Under the pieces are notes generated by a model. The model did not search any database. It was not told the origin of the DNA and saw only the letters and a program-made list of their open reading frames with translations. From contig PCWN01000008.1 in assembly GCA_002787355.1 (NCBI GenBank), forward strand, positions 4 through 63,438: 63,435 nt of DNA, in the 5' to 3' direction. A program made the position numbers and the translations under genes. This document shows, piece after piece, positions 1 through 9,912 of this stretch. Origin of the DNA: Candidatus Magasanikbacteria bacterium CG11_big_fil_rev_8_21_14_0_20_39_34 (GTDB lineage: Bacteria > Patescibacteriota > Patescibacteriia > Magasanikbacterales > UBA922). Each line of letters begins with the position of its first letter. Positions within the stretch are counted from its first letter, which is position 1.

Positions 1-840
1 AAAGAGGTCAAATACTCTCTTATATCCATATCTAAAAGAAATAAAGAATAAACTTCTACTCTTTTTTTTCATTCCTGCAAGTAAAAGTCCTACTGCGGCA
101 CCATATGCATATGTTCCCAACATATATGGACAATACTTTTCAAGATCGGTACGAAATTCTTTAATAAACAAATCCATTGCAATCGCACGCTTTTTAGAAA
201 GTTCTTTATTTGGCCTACGCACATGCAATGTTTCAGCGTTGTTTACTATATTATAGATTCCAAGTGGAAGTGGATAAAAATACATTTTTGTATTTCGTGC
301 TAACCTTCGAAAAAAAATAAAATCTAGATTTTGCATTGCCCAGCGAATATCCCCCATATACCTTTTGCGTATCATAAAAAACTGACCCTTTTTTATATGC
401 ATATTTCTTTCACACAAATAGTCCTGATAGTTAACATACCCCTCTTTTTTCATATTAAAACCTGAAAGTTCCTTTGTACCATTTACAGAAAATGGAGCAA
501 AAAAAACGCCAACATCGTGGTGAAGATCAAATGAATGGAGGGCAACATCTAGGGCATTCTTATACAATTCATCATCACTGTCTAAGAAAACTATGAAATC
601 CCCTTTGGACTTATCTAAACCAAAATTTCTCGCGACATGAACTCCCCTATTTTTTTCAAGATAAAAATAATGTATTCTTTCATCTTGTAAGCCTTTTTTG
701 AAAAGTTCTTGTGTGCCATCTGTAGATCCATCATCTACTATTATAATTTCAAAATCTTGATAATTTTGAATTAAAATACTTTCTATGGCCCGAAATAAAA
801 CGTTTCCTCCATTATATGTTGGAATAATAACACTTACCAT
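1..840 (-). CDS. Glycosyltransferase family 2, runs off the window start
   Basis: Not in the ORF track. Manual translation from ATG 840: MVSVIIPTYNGG...DFEIIIVDDGSTDGT...ARNFGLDKSKGDFIVFLDSDD, the GT-A/GT2 motifs. An in-frame GTG at 861 is an alternative start. Confidence 0.9.
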   Translation of the reverse strand, partial: MVSVIIPTYNGGNVLFRAIESILIQNYQDFEIIIVDDGSTDGTQELFKKGLQDERIHYFYLEKNRGVHVARNFGLDKSKGDFIVFLDSDDELYKNALDVALHSFDLHHDVGVFFAPFSVNGTKELSGFNMKKEGYVNYQDYLCERNMHIKKGQFFMIRKRYMGDIRWAMQNLDFIFFRRLARNTKMYFYPLPLGIYNIVNNAETLHVRRPNKELSKKRAIAMDLFIKEFRTDLEKYCPYMLGTYAYGAAVGLLLAGMKKKSRSLFFISFRYGYKRVFDLF

Positions 841-860
841 AGAATTGATGAAGAAAACCA

Positions 861-1682
861 CTACATGGTTCTATTTTTGAACATTACAACTGCTCGATTG
901 TGATTTTCTTTTACCTTGATTTTTTCAAACCGTTCTTTCAAAATGTCATAAAAATCCTGTAAAGTTTTGTTTTCAACTAGGTCTCTATGCACTTCTCCTG
1001 TTAAATAGCATAATTTATTCAAGTTTTTTATTTTTTCAAATACTTCATATTCCGCACCTTCAATATCGAACTTCACTATATCTACCCTATCTAAATTATG
1101 ATCCTCAATAACTTTATCTACAGTAATAGTAGATACTTCTACAAAATCTCCTACATATTTTCTTTGAATAATAGAAGATGACCAGTGAAGATCTTCGCAA
1201 GAATAAAATTTAATTCTTTCATTATCTTTACTATAAACTGCTTGATTATATAACACAACATCTGAGCCAAATTGCTCTATATTTAAATGGATAGAACAGG
1301 CATTCCGAGGATCTGGTTCAAATGCAAAAATTTTTGCCTCAGGATACTTTAATTTAAAATATATGACGGTAGCTCCAATATTGCTTCCCATATCAAAAAT
1401 TACCTTTGGTTTTATTTCAAACGGGAAATCATATTCACCATCAATAAAGGTATCCTTTAAAAGATCAAAGTCTAATTGGTTTCGAACAAAAAATGAAAAA
1501 ACCTTCCCTTCAAACCGTAGCTGAAAACGCACAAAGTGCTCGAGACGTACTTTTTTGGTGATTTTTCTTCTTAAAAACAAAGCAAAATAACAGAAAAAAA
1601 GCTTACACTTAAAATAAGGGGTTGCACCCAACTGAGAAATATTCAATAATTTTTTAAACCACCGTACTATTTTTTGAATCAT
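861..1682 (-). CDS. FkbM-family methyltransferase
   Basis: DMGSNIG, FAFEPDP and KFDIEGAEYEV motifs. Confidence 0.9.
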   Translation of the reverse strand: MIQKIVRWFKKLLNISQLGATPYFKCKLFFCYFALFLRRKITKKVRLEHFVRFQLRFEGKVFSFFVRNQLDFDLLKDTFIDGEYDFPFEIKPKVIFDMGSNIGATVIYFKLKYPEAKIFAFEPDPRNACSIHLNIEQFGSDVVLYNQAVYSKDNERIKFYSCEDLHWSSSIIQRKYVGDFVEVSTITVDKVIEDHNLDRVDIVKFDIEGAEYEVFEKIKNLNKLCYLTGEVHRDLVENKTLQDFYDILKERFEKIKVKENHNRAVVMFKNRTM

Positions 1683-2824
1683 ATCTTTTTTATAAAATGA
1701 AAAATTCGTTTTGCTCTTTTATCCCATGTATATGATTGAACTTTTTGATAGGCATTCTCGGCCATATTAGCATAGGAAGATATATTCTGCAAGATGGAAT
1801 CAAGTGCCATCTGAAGTTTGTCTTTGTTCGGTGAATCTTGAAAAAACACCGCTTCATTGTCCCCAATTACTTCCCGTAGAGATGGCAAGTCGGACGTTAC
1901 AATTATTCGTTTACTTATCATATACTCAAAGAGCTTCAATGGAGACATAAATTTTGCATAATGCTCTGTATATGGATAATTCATAATAAGAATATCACAC
2001 GCTTTTAGATAAACCGGAATTTCTGACTGCTTTTTGTGTTCTTCAATATGAAAATCTATTTTTGGGATTCCTAAAGCAAAAGCATATTCCTCAAATACTT
2101 TTTTCTCTTGTGGTTGAGCCCCTACCAAAAGAAGGAAGGTTTCCGGGTATGCTCTTACTATAACTGAGAAAGCTTCTATGATTTCCTTCACTCCCTTCTC
2201 TTTACCCATAGTTTGAAATTTTCCAATATATCCCAAGATAATCCTATTTGAAGGCAAAGATAAAGTTGAGCGAGCCTCCTCCTTTGAGAGTGCAATATCA
2301 AAAATTTTCTCATCAACAGCATCTGGTTCAACCAATGCTTTCTCCTGTGATAAACCATTCTGAATAAAATATTCCTTGAGTCCAGAAGAAATACAAACAA
2401 CACCTTTGCATCGGCGTAAAAGGCTCTTTATAAAAAAATTATTTTTTTGTGTATGTGCCTCCCAAAATACATTCTTATGCAAAAAAGTAGCAAATAAAAG
2501 TATAAATGGATCTCTTCCATAGATTACATTCTGTCGAGAAAAGAGCACAAACAATGATGACCAAAAAGAGAAAGAAAACATTTGTATATAAAATCCAATT
2601 TTGCCTAAAAAAATGAGATCCAACGAAGGAACCTTTCGAATAGAAAAAGTTTTTTTTATCCCATAATATAAAAATGGGTCCCCTTTTATTTTGTTATTTC
2701 TCCAAGGTAAAAGTAACGTCACTTCATCAAATAACTTTGAAAATGAAGAAGACATATTCATTATTTGTACTCCATGAGCCTTTTCTGTAGGAAGTCTTGC
2801 ATTGCTTATATAGAGAAGATTCAT
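1679..2824 (-). CDS. Glycosyltransferase family 4
   Basis: SPLKLFEYM...IVTSDLPSLREV GT-B C-terminal motif. Start set at the ATGA overlap with the upstream stop. Confidence 0.9.
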   Translation of the reverse strand: MNLLYISNARLPTEKAHGVQIMNMSSSFSKLFDEVTLLLPWRNNKIKGDPFLYYGIKKTFSIRKVPSLDLIFLGKIGFYIQMFSFSFWSSLFVLFSRQNVIYGRDPFILLFATFLHKNVFWEAHTQKNNFFIKSLLRRCKGVVCISSGLKEYFIQNGLSQEKALVEPDAVDEKIFDIALSKEEARSTLSLPSNRIILGYIGKFQTMGKEKGVKEIIEAFSVIVRAYPETFLLLVGAQPQEKKVFEEYAFALGIPKIDFHIEEHKKQSEIPVYLKACDILIMNYPYTEHYAKFMSPLKLFEYMISKRIIVTSDLPSLREVIGDNEAVFFQDSPNKDKLQMALDSILQNISSYANMAENAYQKVQSYTWDKRAKRIFHFIKKI

Positions 2825-3612
2825 ATTTTTTTCTGAAGCAACCAATTTTTTATCTTATTATAACGATCTACAGTAGAATTAAGTTTTCCACGAAACTGCA
2901 CAAAATCCACGCTCGCATCTACTGCAGTTCTCTCCAATAAATAGGGATTGCTTTTCAAACTCACGAGTCCCTCCTTTACACTGACTGCTCCAAGCCAACC
3001 AGACACTCGGAGATAATTTACCACCTCAGATGTATACCGTCCTTTGGGGTATGCAAAAAGATCTATTTTTTTTCCAAAATTCTTCTCAAGAAATATCTTC
3101 GATATACTTATTTCCTCTTCTGCCTCTTTCTGAGTAATCTTTGTAAGTTTAGGGTGTGTATGTGTATGAGACATTATTTCTATAATACCGGAATTCATTA
3201 GCTCTTTGATCTCCGAAGAATCTAACATAGGAAGTGTTACCCCACCCGAATTTGTATATGTCTTGCCAATTAAATCTGTTATAACAAAAATAGTAGCAGG
3301 AAAGTTATATTTTTTTAAAATAGGATAAGCTATAGTATAGTTATCTTTATACCCATCATCTATAGTAATACTGACACAATTTGATATATCCTCTTGATTA
3401 CGTAATTTTTCTAATAATTCACGTAATGAAATAACGTGAAATCCTTTTTTATGAAGATACTCCATTTGTTTTCTAAAAGTTTCTTCTTTTACCGTAAAAA
3501 AAGCAGGGTTATCTCCAAAAGAATGGTATGCTAAGATACTCGCTTTCTTTACAAGTTTCAATGCCCCCAAAGAAAGAAGACCATAGGCTAGTGTTTTGTA
3601 TAGTTTTTTCAT
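2821..3612 (-). CDS. Polysaccharide deacetylase (NodB/CE4, IcaB-like)
   Basis: ILAYHS, TIDDGY, SHTHTH and FAYPKG motifs. Confidence 0.9.
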   Translation of the reverse strand: MKKLYKTLAYGLLSLGALKLVKKASILAYHSFGDNPAFFTVKEETFRKQMEYLHKKGFHVISLRELLEKLRNQEDISNCVSITIDDGYKDNYTIAYPILKKYNFPATIFVITDLIGKTYTNSGGVTLPMLDSSEIKELMNSGIIEIMSHTHTHPKLTKITQKEAEEEISISKIFLEKNFGKKIDLFAYPKGRYTSEVVNYLRVSGWLGAVSVKEGLVSLKSNPYLLERTAVDASVDFVQFRGKLNSTVDRYNKIKNWLLQKKI

Positions 3613-3732
3613 ATGTTACAAGAGGAATATATGAGCTATATTCTGCAGCAATCAAAATTTAAAATAGTTAATTTCATCATAACATAGGGGTTTTTTAGCG
3701 TCAATCAAGATACTTTTTTACAAAAAATTCAT

Positions 3733-3918
3733 TCAAACCATTCTTTGTTTATGATAATTTCCATAAAATATAGTGTTTGAAACAAGAGGTATACATTCGG
3801 TGCTCATTGCTTCAAATGTTGTTTTATCAAAACTTTCAGTTCAATTTATATTTGCATTTTGATAAAAAGTTATAGTTTGGACATTGGGAATCCTCCCATA
3901 AAATGAAATTTTTTCTTT
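3733..3918 (-). pseudogene. Degraded fragment of a GT4 paralog
   Basis: Translates KEKISFYGRIPNVQTITFYQNANIN*TESFDKTTFEAMSTECIPLVSNTIF, which aligns to RITFYGKVANAQTVAYYRNADYFVNLTRSGSFDKTTLEAMSTGCIPVVSNTVF of 4644..5687. Internal TGA at 3841-3843. Confidence 0.8.
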
Positions 3919-3923
3919 TCATA

Positions 3924-4562
3924 TTATTTTTTTGCTATAACAAAAAAACCCAACGGGACTGAAACTCTCTCCGGAACAAGACGATCCAACACAATAGCTG
4001 CCCCATAAATAAACCATTTCAAAAATCGAAAATAAAAAAAAGGATAGAGCAAATATGCAACAGATGAAAAATTTTTTCCAAAAGGGATAACTTTTACCTT
4101 CACAAAACCTTGTGACTGACACATCTCTAAAAGCTTTTCACTCGTAAATCTGTAATAGTCATGTGGTTCCGGTGATTCACGAAAAATAAAAGGAGTCGTG
4201 AGAAATAATTTACCTTCTGACTTTAAAACAGAATATATATTATGAATCACCTGTTCAGGTTGTGCAGAAATATAAAGCGTATTATGACAAAAAACCGTAT
4301 CATATGATTCTTTTTTTACCTCCCAATGCTCAGCATTCATGTCCAAAAGTATGTCCGGATTTTTTTCTTTGTTACACTCTGCTCGTATAAGCGTAGTTTC
4401 TTTGGGAAGATATTTTCTGTATGTTGGATTTTTCCCACCACCTAAATCAAGGATATTTCCTTGAATATTTTTGCAATATTTTTGCAACTTCCAACTAAAC
4501 AAAATACGGTAAATTGTTCTCCCTTTAAAAACTTCTTGTGTGAAATCTATTAACTTTTTCAT
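3924..4562 (-). CDS. Class I SAM-dependent methyltransferase (type 11-like)
   Basis: ILDLGGG motif I; PHDYYRFT motif common in glycan-cluster MTases. Confidence 0.85.
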   Translation of the reverse strand: MKKLIDFTQEVFKGRTIYRILFSWKLQKYCKNIQGNILDLGGGKNPTYRKYLPKETTLIRAECNKEKNPDILLDMNAEHWEVKKESYDTVFCHNTLYISAQPEQVIHNIYSVLKSEGKLFLTTPFIFRESPEPHDYYRFTSEKLLEMCQSQGFVKVKVIPFGKNFSSVAYLLYPFFYFRFLKWFIYGAAIVLDRLVPERVSVPLGFFVIAKK

Positions 4563-4643
4563 ATTCCCATTTTATGATACCAATTTTATGCTACTCCTCA
4601 GTTTTTATTAAAACTGTACAAAAAATGTTGTTGCATAAGTGAA

Positions 4644-5687
4644 TTACGCTTTTAAAGCCTCATATATCTTCCGTGAAAGGCTCAAAGTACTATGCTCTAC
4701 ACGAATAATTTCTGACATCTTGGATGAAATTCGTTCTTTTTTTTGTACATTCATAGCAAATAATGAAGTAAGCTTTTCTGAAAGATCTGTGCTTTGTGAT
4801 TGAGAAAAAATTAACGATTGTTGTAAATCTTGAGGAAAAATTTCACAAAAAACAGTATTGGAAACAACAGGAATGCAGCCTGTGCTCATAGCTTCGAGCG
4901 TTGTTTTGTCAAAGCTTCCAGATCGAGTTAAATTTACGAAGTAATCTGCATTTCGATAATAAGCAACCGTCTGAGCATTTGCTACTTTTCCATAAAACGT
5001 AATTCTATCTGAAAGCTGAAGATTTTCAACTTTTTCACGTATGGAAAAAAAATAATCTTTACTCGATTCAAGCGGCGCTCCAACAACATCCAGATGCCAT
5101 GATTTTTCTTTTAGGTAAGAGAGAGCATCAATAAGTACATCGAGTTCTTTAACCGAAGAAATACGTCCTAAAAAGAGTAATTTTGGTTCTTGCAAAAAAG
5201 TTCTTGGTTTGTATGCAAAGCGTTTTGTATCTATCCCCTGCCCAACTACTACAATTTTTTTTGATTGCAATCGACATGCGTATGCAGTGGACGTGAAAAT
5301 AATATCAGTGAAAAAATTCGCAAGGCGTAAAAGAATGGATGTGTGATAGTGTGCAAACCACAGACTTACTTTCTTATCCATCATTCTCCAAAACAGTCCA
5401 CCGAGTACAACATAAATAGGATTCATGTGTACAAACACTGCATCATATTGCTTTTTATATGCAAAAATGTATTTATAAAAAAGCCAAAGACGCTTTATTT
5501 TTCCACTCCCCTTTTCTTTTTTCAAACTTATCACTTGTACATTTTCGGGAAGATCATTTTCACCTTTTTTCAAACAAATAACAGTAACTTGCTGAGCTTG
5601 TTTTGCCATGGCAAAAACCCAATCTTGCATAAAACCAAGAAGGTCGTCATTTTTATCCATTATTTGTGTAACAATAAGAAGTTTCAT
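4644..5687 (-). CDS. Glycosyltransferase family 4
   Basis: FLGRISSVK and GSFDKTTLEAMSTG. Start at the ATGA overlap. Confidence 0.9.
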   Translation of the reverse strand: MKLLIVTQIMDKNDDLLGFMQDWVFAMAKQAQQVTVICLKKGENDLPENVQVISLKKEKGSGKIKRLWLFYKYIFAYKKQYDAVFVHMNPIYVVLGGLFWRMMDKKVSLWFAHYHTSILLRLANFFTDIIFTSTAYACRLQSKKIVVVGQGIDTKRFAYKPRTFLQEPKLLFLGRISSVKELDVLIDALSYLKEKSWHLDVVGAPLESSKDYFFSIREKVENLQLSDRITFYGKVANAQTVAYYRNADYFVNLTRSGSFDKTTLEAMSTGCIPVVSNTVFCEIFPQDLQQSLIFSQSQSTDLSEKLTSLFAMNVQKKERISSKMSEIIRVEHSTLSLSRKIYEALKA

Positions 5688-6775
5688 AGCAAAGCTTTTT
5701 TCCATGAATCAAGATAGAGACGCAAAGTTTCTTGATGATTTGGTAATTTTTGCAAACTTTTTGATATGCCTACGCATAATTTTCTATAGAAAGCATCATC
5801 TTGCATAATCCGAATGATAGCATCAGCAAAAGCCTTTTCATCATTTATCGATGTAATAAGTCCACTTGTTTCATTTTCAATAAACTCTCCAGCACATCCC
5901 ACATCTGTCATGACCGTTGGCAGACCTTGAACCGCAGCTTCTATAACCACCCTGCCCCATCCTTCATAATTTGAAGACAATACATGCAAATCTGCCTTTT
6001 TGTACATCTGTGATGTATCATTTGTCCAGCCATGAAGCTGGACGCTTTTTTCAAGTTTAAAATTTTTAATGCACTGCTTGATCTCAGATTGCATTTCTCC
6101 TTTTCCTACCAGTATGAGTTTTGCATCCGGTTGCTTTTCTAGCACATGCTTCCAAGCACGTAAAAGCATCAAAGGATTTTTTTGTTTTACAAAACGTATG
6201 ATACACACACATACTCGTGCTTGCATACGGTCAATTTTTATTGAATTCACGTTTGGAACAAACACGGGAATAACAGTGATTCTATCGCTCTTAAGCCCAA
6301 AGCCTTCAAGTGTATGTTGTATCTTTTTACTCACAACACGAACGCTGTCGGCTTTTTTTATTAGAAACTTCCCTAAATAATAACGAAAAAAATGGATACA
6401 TTTTTCATTTCTCCAATAGGTATACGAAAAAAAATCTCCATGTTCTTGGATATGCAAACGAATACCACAGGATCTTTTAAGAAAATACCCAAGAAGTGCA
6501 TACTCAAAAGGATTCTGTGCAGACACTATCTCTACATTATATTTTTTGACGAGTTGCTTTGCTTGTTTATATAATTTCAAAAGTGTAAAAATAGAAAATT
6601 CTCTTTTTACTCCAGATACTACCAATCTTTCATTTACCTCTTGAATCAGATCCTCTTCTGCCGGAACCACGACAATGTATTTTTCTACAAGTGTGGAATA
6701 ACTCAAAGCACGCTCTTGAGAATTAGAGTGCGCATGCAAAACATTACTGTCCGAACCAAGAACTAAAATTTTCAT
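5684..6775 (-). CDS. Glycosyltransferase family 4
   Basis: SSNYEGWGRVVIEAAVQGLPTVMTDVG. Confidence 0.9.
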   Translation of the reverse strand: MKILVLGSDSNVLHAHSNSQERALSYSTLVEKYIVVVPAEEDLIQEVNERLVVSGVKREFSIFTLLKLYKQAKQLVKKYNVEIVSAQNPFEYALLGYFLKRSCGIRLHIQEHGDFFSYTYWRNEKCIHFFRYYLGKFLIKKADSVRVVSKKIQHTLEGFGLKSDRITVIPVFVPNVNSIKIDRMQARVCVCIIRFVKQKNPLMLLRAWKHVLEKQPDAKLILVGKGEMQSEIKQCIKNFKLEKSVQLHGWTNDTSQMYKKADLHVLSSNYEGWGRVVIEAAVQGLPTVMTDVGCAGEFIENETSGLITSINDEKAFADAIIRIMQDDAFYRKLCVGISKSLQKLPNHQETLRLYLDSWKKALL

Positions 6776-7851
6776 AACATATTTACAAATTTTGAAGCGA
6801 CATCTGAGAATGAGTAATCCGTATGTACGTCATTAACTTTTTTAACTATATCTTTATACATATTTGGATCTTCATGCATTTCTATAGCCCTTACCAGCTG
6901 ATTAATATTTTTTGGGTCAAAAAAGCTAACAACATTGGCATATTCATCCCTGTATCCTGTCTCCTGAGTACAAATCACGGGCGTTCCCAAAGCTAATGCT
7001 TCAAGCAACGTATTGGGACTCACCTCTGAAAAAGAAGGAATAATAACTGCTCGTGCCTGCGCCATAATATCAAACAATTCTTCTTGTGAAACACTCTCAC
7101 TAATAGATATTCTGGATTCTAAATTATGTTCCTTAACCCAGGAAGTTAGCTGACTTTTGAGTGGACCTGATCCCAATATTTTTAGAACAACCTGATCAAA
7201 TTGTTCTATAACTTTGAGAAGTATGATGGGATTTTTTAAAGCAACCAATCTTCCAGCAAAAAGGTAAAAGTTCTTCCTATCCTTTTCACTTCGTTTCACT
7301 ATTGGAAAGGGATTCTTGATGACTTCTAGTTTGTCCTGCAAAACACTATATTTTTCCATTAAAATTTTGGAATACATGGTCTCTGTGGCAATGACCTTAT
7401 CAAAAGATTGCAAAGAAAATTGTAGCAAATGAATGAGAACCTTTTCCTTGAAAGATTTTGATTTTTGATAATATTCCGAAAGTGTACTCATTTCTCCACT
7501 TCTTTCCCAAAGATAATCTCCTCCTACACGAACAATCCACTTCTTTGTACGCAAAAATTTTGATGCACACGCACAAGGCAAGCCCGTACTGAACGCATTA
7601 AACGTAATAACTACATCATATTTTTTTTGATGAAAAACAAGGTAGAAAAAAAGACGTAGCATCCTTAAAAAAGATCCTCCTGAAAAAGAGACACATGCTG
7701 TATCTTTTGTATATGTTGCCGTATATACCTCATACCCCAAATTTTTGAATTCCTCAAAAAGATGCGCAACATACATAGAAGGCCCTCCAATCTCCGGCGG
7801 AAAAATACTACTCACCAATAGAATCTTTTCTTTTTGAGATTCTTCTTTCAT
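6772..7851 (-). CDS. Glycosyltransferase family 4
   Basis: FPPEIGGP N-terminus; PSFSEVSPNTLLEALALGTP. Confidence 0.9.
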   Translation of the reverse strand: MKEESQKEKILLVSSIFPPEIGGPSMYVAHLFEEFKNLGYEVYTATYTKDTACVSFSGGSFLRMLRLFFYLVFHQKKYDVVITFNAFSTGLPCACASKFLRTKKWIVRVGGDYLWERSGEMSTLSEYYQKSKSFKEKVLIHLLQFSLQSFDKVIATETMYSKILMEKYSVLQDKLEVIKNPFPIVKRSEKDRKNFYLFAGRLVALKNPIILLKVIEQFDQVVLKILGSGPLKSQLTSWVKEHNLESRISISESVSQEELFDIMAQARAVIIPSFSEVSPNTLLEALALGTPVICTQETGYRDEYANVVSFFDPKNINQLVRAIEMHEDPNMYKDIVKKVNDVHTDYSFSDVASKFVNML

Positions 7852-8954
7852 AACGAATCTTCATAAATATTCTTAATATCTTTCAAAATATTTTTCCACT
7901 CAAAACTTTTTACAGTATTTTTTGCATTTTCTATAAACCTTTTTCGCAGTGACTCATCATGCAAAAGTTGAAACACAGCTTCCTCTATCTCCTTACTGTT
8001 TTTTTCCTCAATTAAAAGACCTGTTTTCCCGTCCTCGATAATATCGGGAATACCTCCCACACGTGTTCCAATCACAGGAACACCACAGGCTTGTGCTTCT
8101 ATAAAAACAATTCCTAATCCTTCTGCCAGAGAGGGACAAATAAAAATTTCTGACTTGCTCATTTCCTCTAAAACTTGCTTATGTGGAAGGTTCCCCAAAA
8201 GTTTTACGCTCTTTTCAATATGTAAATTTTCAATTTGTCTTTCAATATTTTTGCGTTCCTCACCTTCTCCCACTAAAACAAGCTGTGCCCCCGGGAATTG
8301 TCTGAGTATCTGTGGCCACGCCTCCAAAAGATATTTGTGCCCCTTTACCCATGAAAGACGCCCTACACAAATAATCCGCCCCGGAATTGATTCTGTATCT
8401 CCCGGAACATCTGAAAAATCCAAGCCATTGGGTGTAATCGTTACCATATCCTTCCGAAATGAACTCCCCCTACTCGCCAAAAAACGACTTATCGCCGTTA
8501 CTTTATGAGGGTTTACATGTATTCCCCTCCAAAACATTCGAAGAAAAATATTCTTTTGCTTATCCTCATGATCCAGCCCACCACTTTGCAATGTTAAAAT
8601 TCTTTTTGCTGAAGGAAGAACAAAACGCAAAAACATCAATGCAATACCTGCATAACTTTCAAGAATTGCATGCACCACCTGAGGGTGTAATTTCTTTGCT
8701 GCAAAAGGTGCCAAAAATGGATACAGATACTTATCAAACCTACTTCCAAAACCCACGCGAACCAAAGTAAATGTATCACGATATTCCTTTTTGGGAAGAT
8801 CTTTTTGGATTCGAGCCGTTACAAGTGTCATTTCGTATTCAGAACCAAGATGCTCCAAAATCTCCTTCACCATCTGTTCTGCCCCACTCATGAATGGCTC
8901 ATAAAATGCCGAAAAAAGTACAATTTTAGGCTTGCTGCGACTGGTACCACTCAT
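7848..8954 (-). CDS. Glycosyltransferase family 4
   Basis: PSLAEGLGIVFIEAQACGVPVIGTRVGGIPD. Start uncertain (8954 or 8975). Confidence 0.9.
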   Translation of the reverse strand: MSGTSRSKPKIVLFSAFYEPFMSGAEQMVKEILEHLGSEYEMTLVTARIQKDLPKKEYRDTFTLVRVGFGSRFDKYLYPFLAPFAAKKLHPQVVHAILESYAGIALMFLRFVLPSAKRILTLQSGGLDHEDKQKNIFLRMFWRGIHVNPHKVTAISRFLASRGSSFRKDMVTITPNGLDFSDVPGDTESIPGRIICVGRLSWVKGHKYLLEAWPQILRQFPGAQLVLVGEGEERKNIERQIENLHIEKSVKLLGNLPHKQVLEEMSKSEIFICPSLAEGLGIVFIEAQACGVPVIGTRVGGIPDIIEDGKTGLLIEEKNSKEIEEAVFQLLHDESLRKRFIENAKNTVKSFEWKNILKDIKNIYEDSL

Positions 8955-9903
8955 ATGTCTTTGCAAGATTTTCATTAAAATTATCTTCTATGGAAGTCTC
9001 AAGAAGCTGTTGCATTTTTGTGACGTCCGGACTTCTGTAACGAATTTCATATTCTCTTGCTGGTTGAAAAATTGGTTTAAGATCCTTACCACTAATGTCA
9101 ATGAGCCGTTCTGCCAAATCACGTATGGTAGTTTGTCTCCCCATTCCTACATTCACAATATGTCCATCTGCTTTTTCAGACTCCAATGCTCTGAGTGCTA
9201 TGTTTATGTTATCATCTATGTAAATAAAATCACGAGTCTGATATCCATCACCAAAAATTACTGGAGATTTTCCTTCCAAAATTTGTTTGATGAAGATCCC
9301 AATAACAAATCCATATGAAGAGGACTCTTGCCTTGGACCAAAAACATTAAAAAAACGAAGTGAACATGTAGGGATTTTATAGTTATAATTATACACCTCC
9401 AGAATTTTTTCTGAAGTAATCTTAACCAAAGAATATAAACTGGTACTATGTGTCTGATGTGAGAGTTCCTTTCCAGTATCTTCTTTAAGTGGAAGCTCCG
9501 CCATATGGCCATAGGCTTCAGAAGATGAAGAAAAAACAACTTTTTTTATCCCATATTCGCACGCAAGTTCCATAATGGCCCGAGTCCCTGCAATATCATC
9601 CAAAACAAGCAAAGGCTGTTCTATCACTCTTTGGACTCCCAAAACAGCAGCATAGTGAAACACATAGTCAAACGAATATTTTTCAAATATTGGCTGTAAA
9701 AACGCTTTATCATTGACATCTCCTTCTATGAATACGAAATGCTCAGAACTCAAAGCATGCTCCAAATTTTCTGTTTTTCCTGTGGAAAGGTTATCCATGC
9801 ATACTACATGTGCACCACGGCCCAAAAGTGCATCGCAAAGATGAGAACCGATAAATCCAGCTCCACCCGTCACAAGTATTGTACTTCCTTCTATTTTATA
9901 CAT
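8926..9903 (-). CDS. NAD-dependent nucleotide-sugar epimerase/dehydratase (extended SDR)
   Basis: TGGAGFIGSH, YSLVK (YxxxK), RFFNVFGPRQ, GDGYQTRDF. Confidence 0.92.
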   Translation of the reverse strand: MYKIEGSTILVTGGAGFIGSHLCDALLGRGAHVVCMDNLSTGKTENLEHALSSEHFVFIEGDVNDKAFLQPIFEKYSFDYVFHYAAVLGVQRVIEQPLLVLDDIAGTRAIMELACEYGIKKVVFSSSSEAYGHMAELPLKEDTGKELSHQTHSTSLYSLVKITSEKILEVYNYNYKIPTCSLRFFNVFGPRQESSSYGFVIGIFIKQILEGKSPVIFGDGYQTRDFIYIDDNINIALRALESEKADGHIVNVGMGRQTTIRDLAERLIDISGKDLKPIFQPAREYEIRYRSPDVTKMQQLLETSIEDNFNENLAKTYEWYQSQQA

Positions 9904-9912
9904 ATGGAATAA

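Noticed and set aside
3841-3843. In-frame TGA as a sign of recoding (code 25)
   Set aside because: TGA ends many intact genes here, often in ATGA overlaps, and the fragment also has deletions and no start, so it is a pseudogene.
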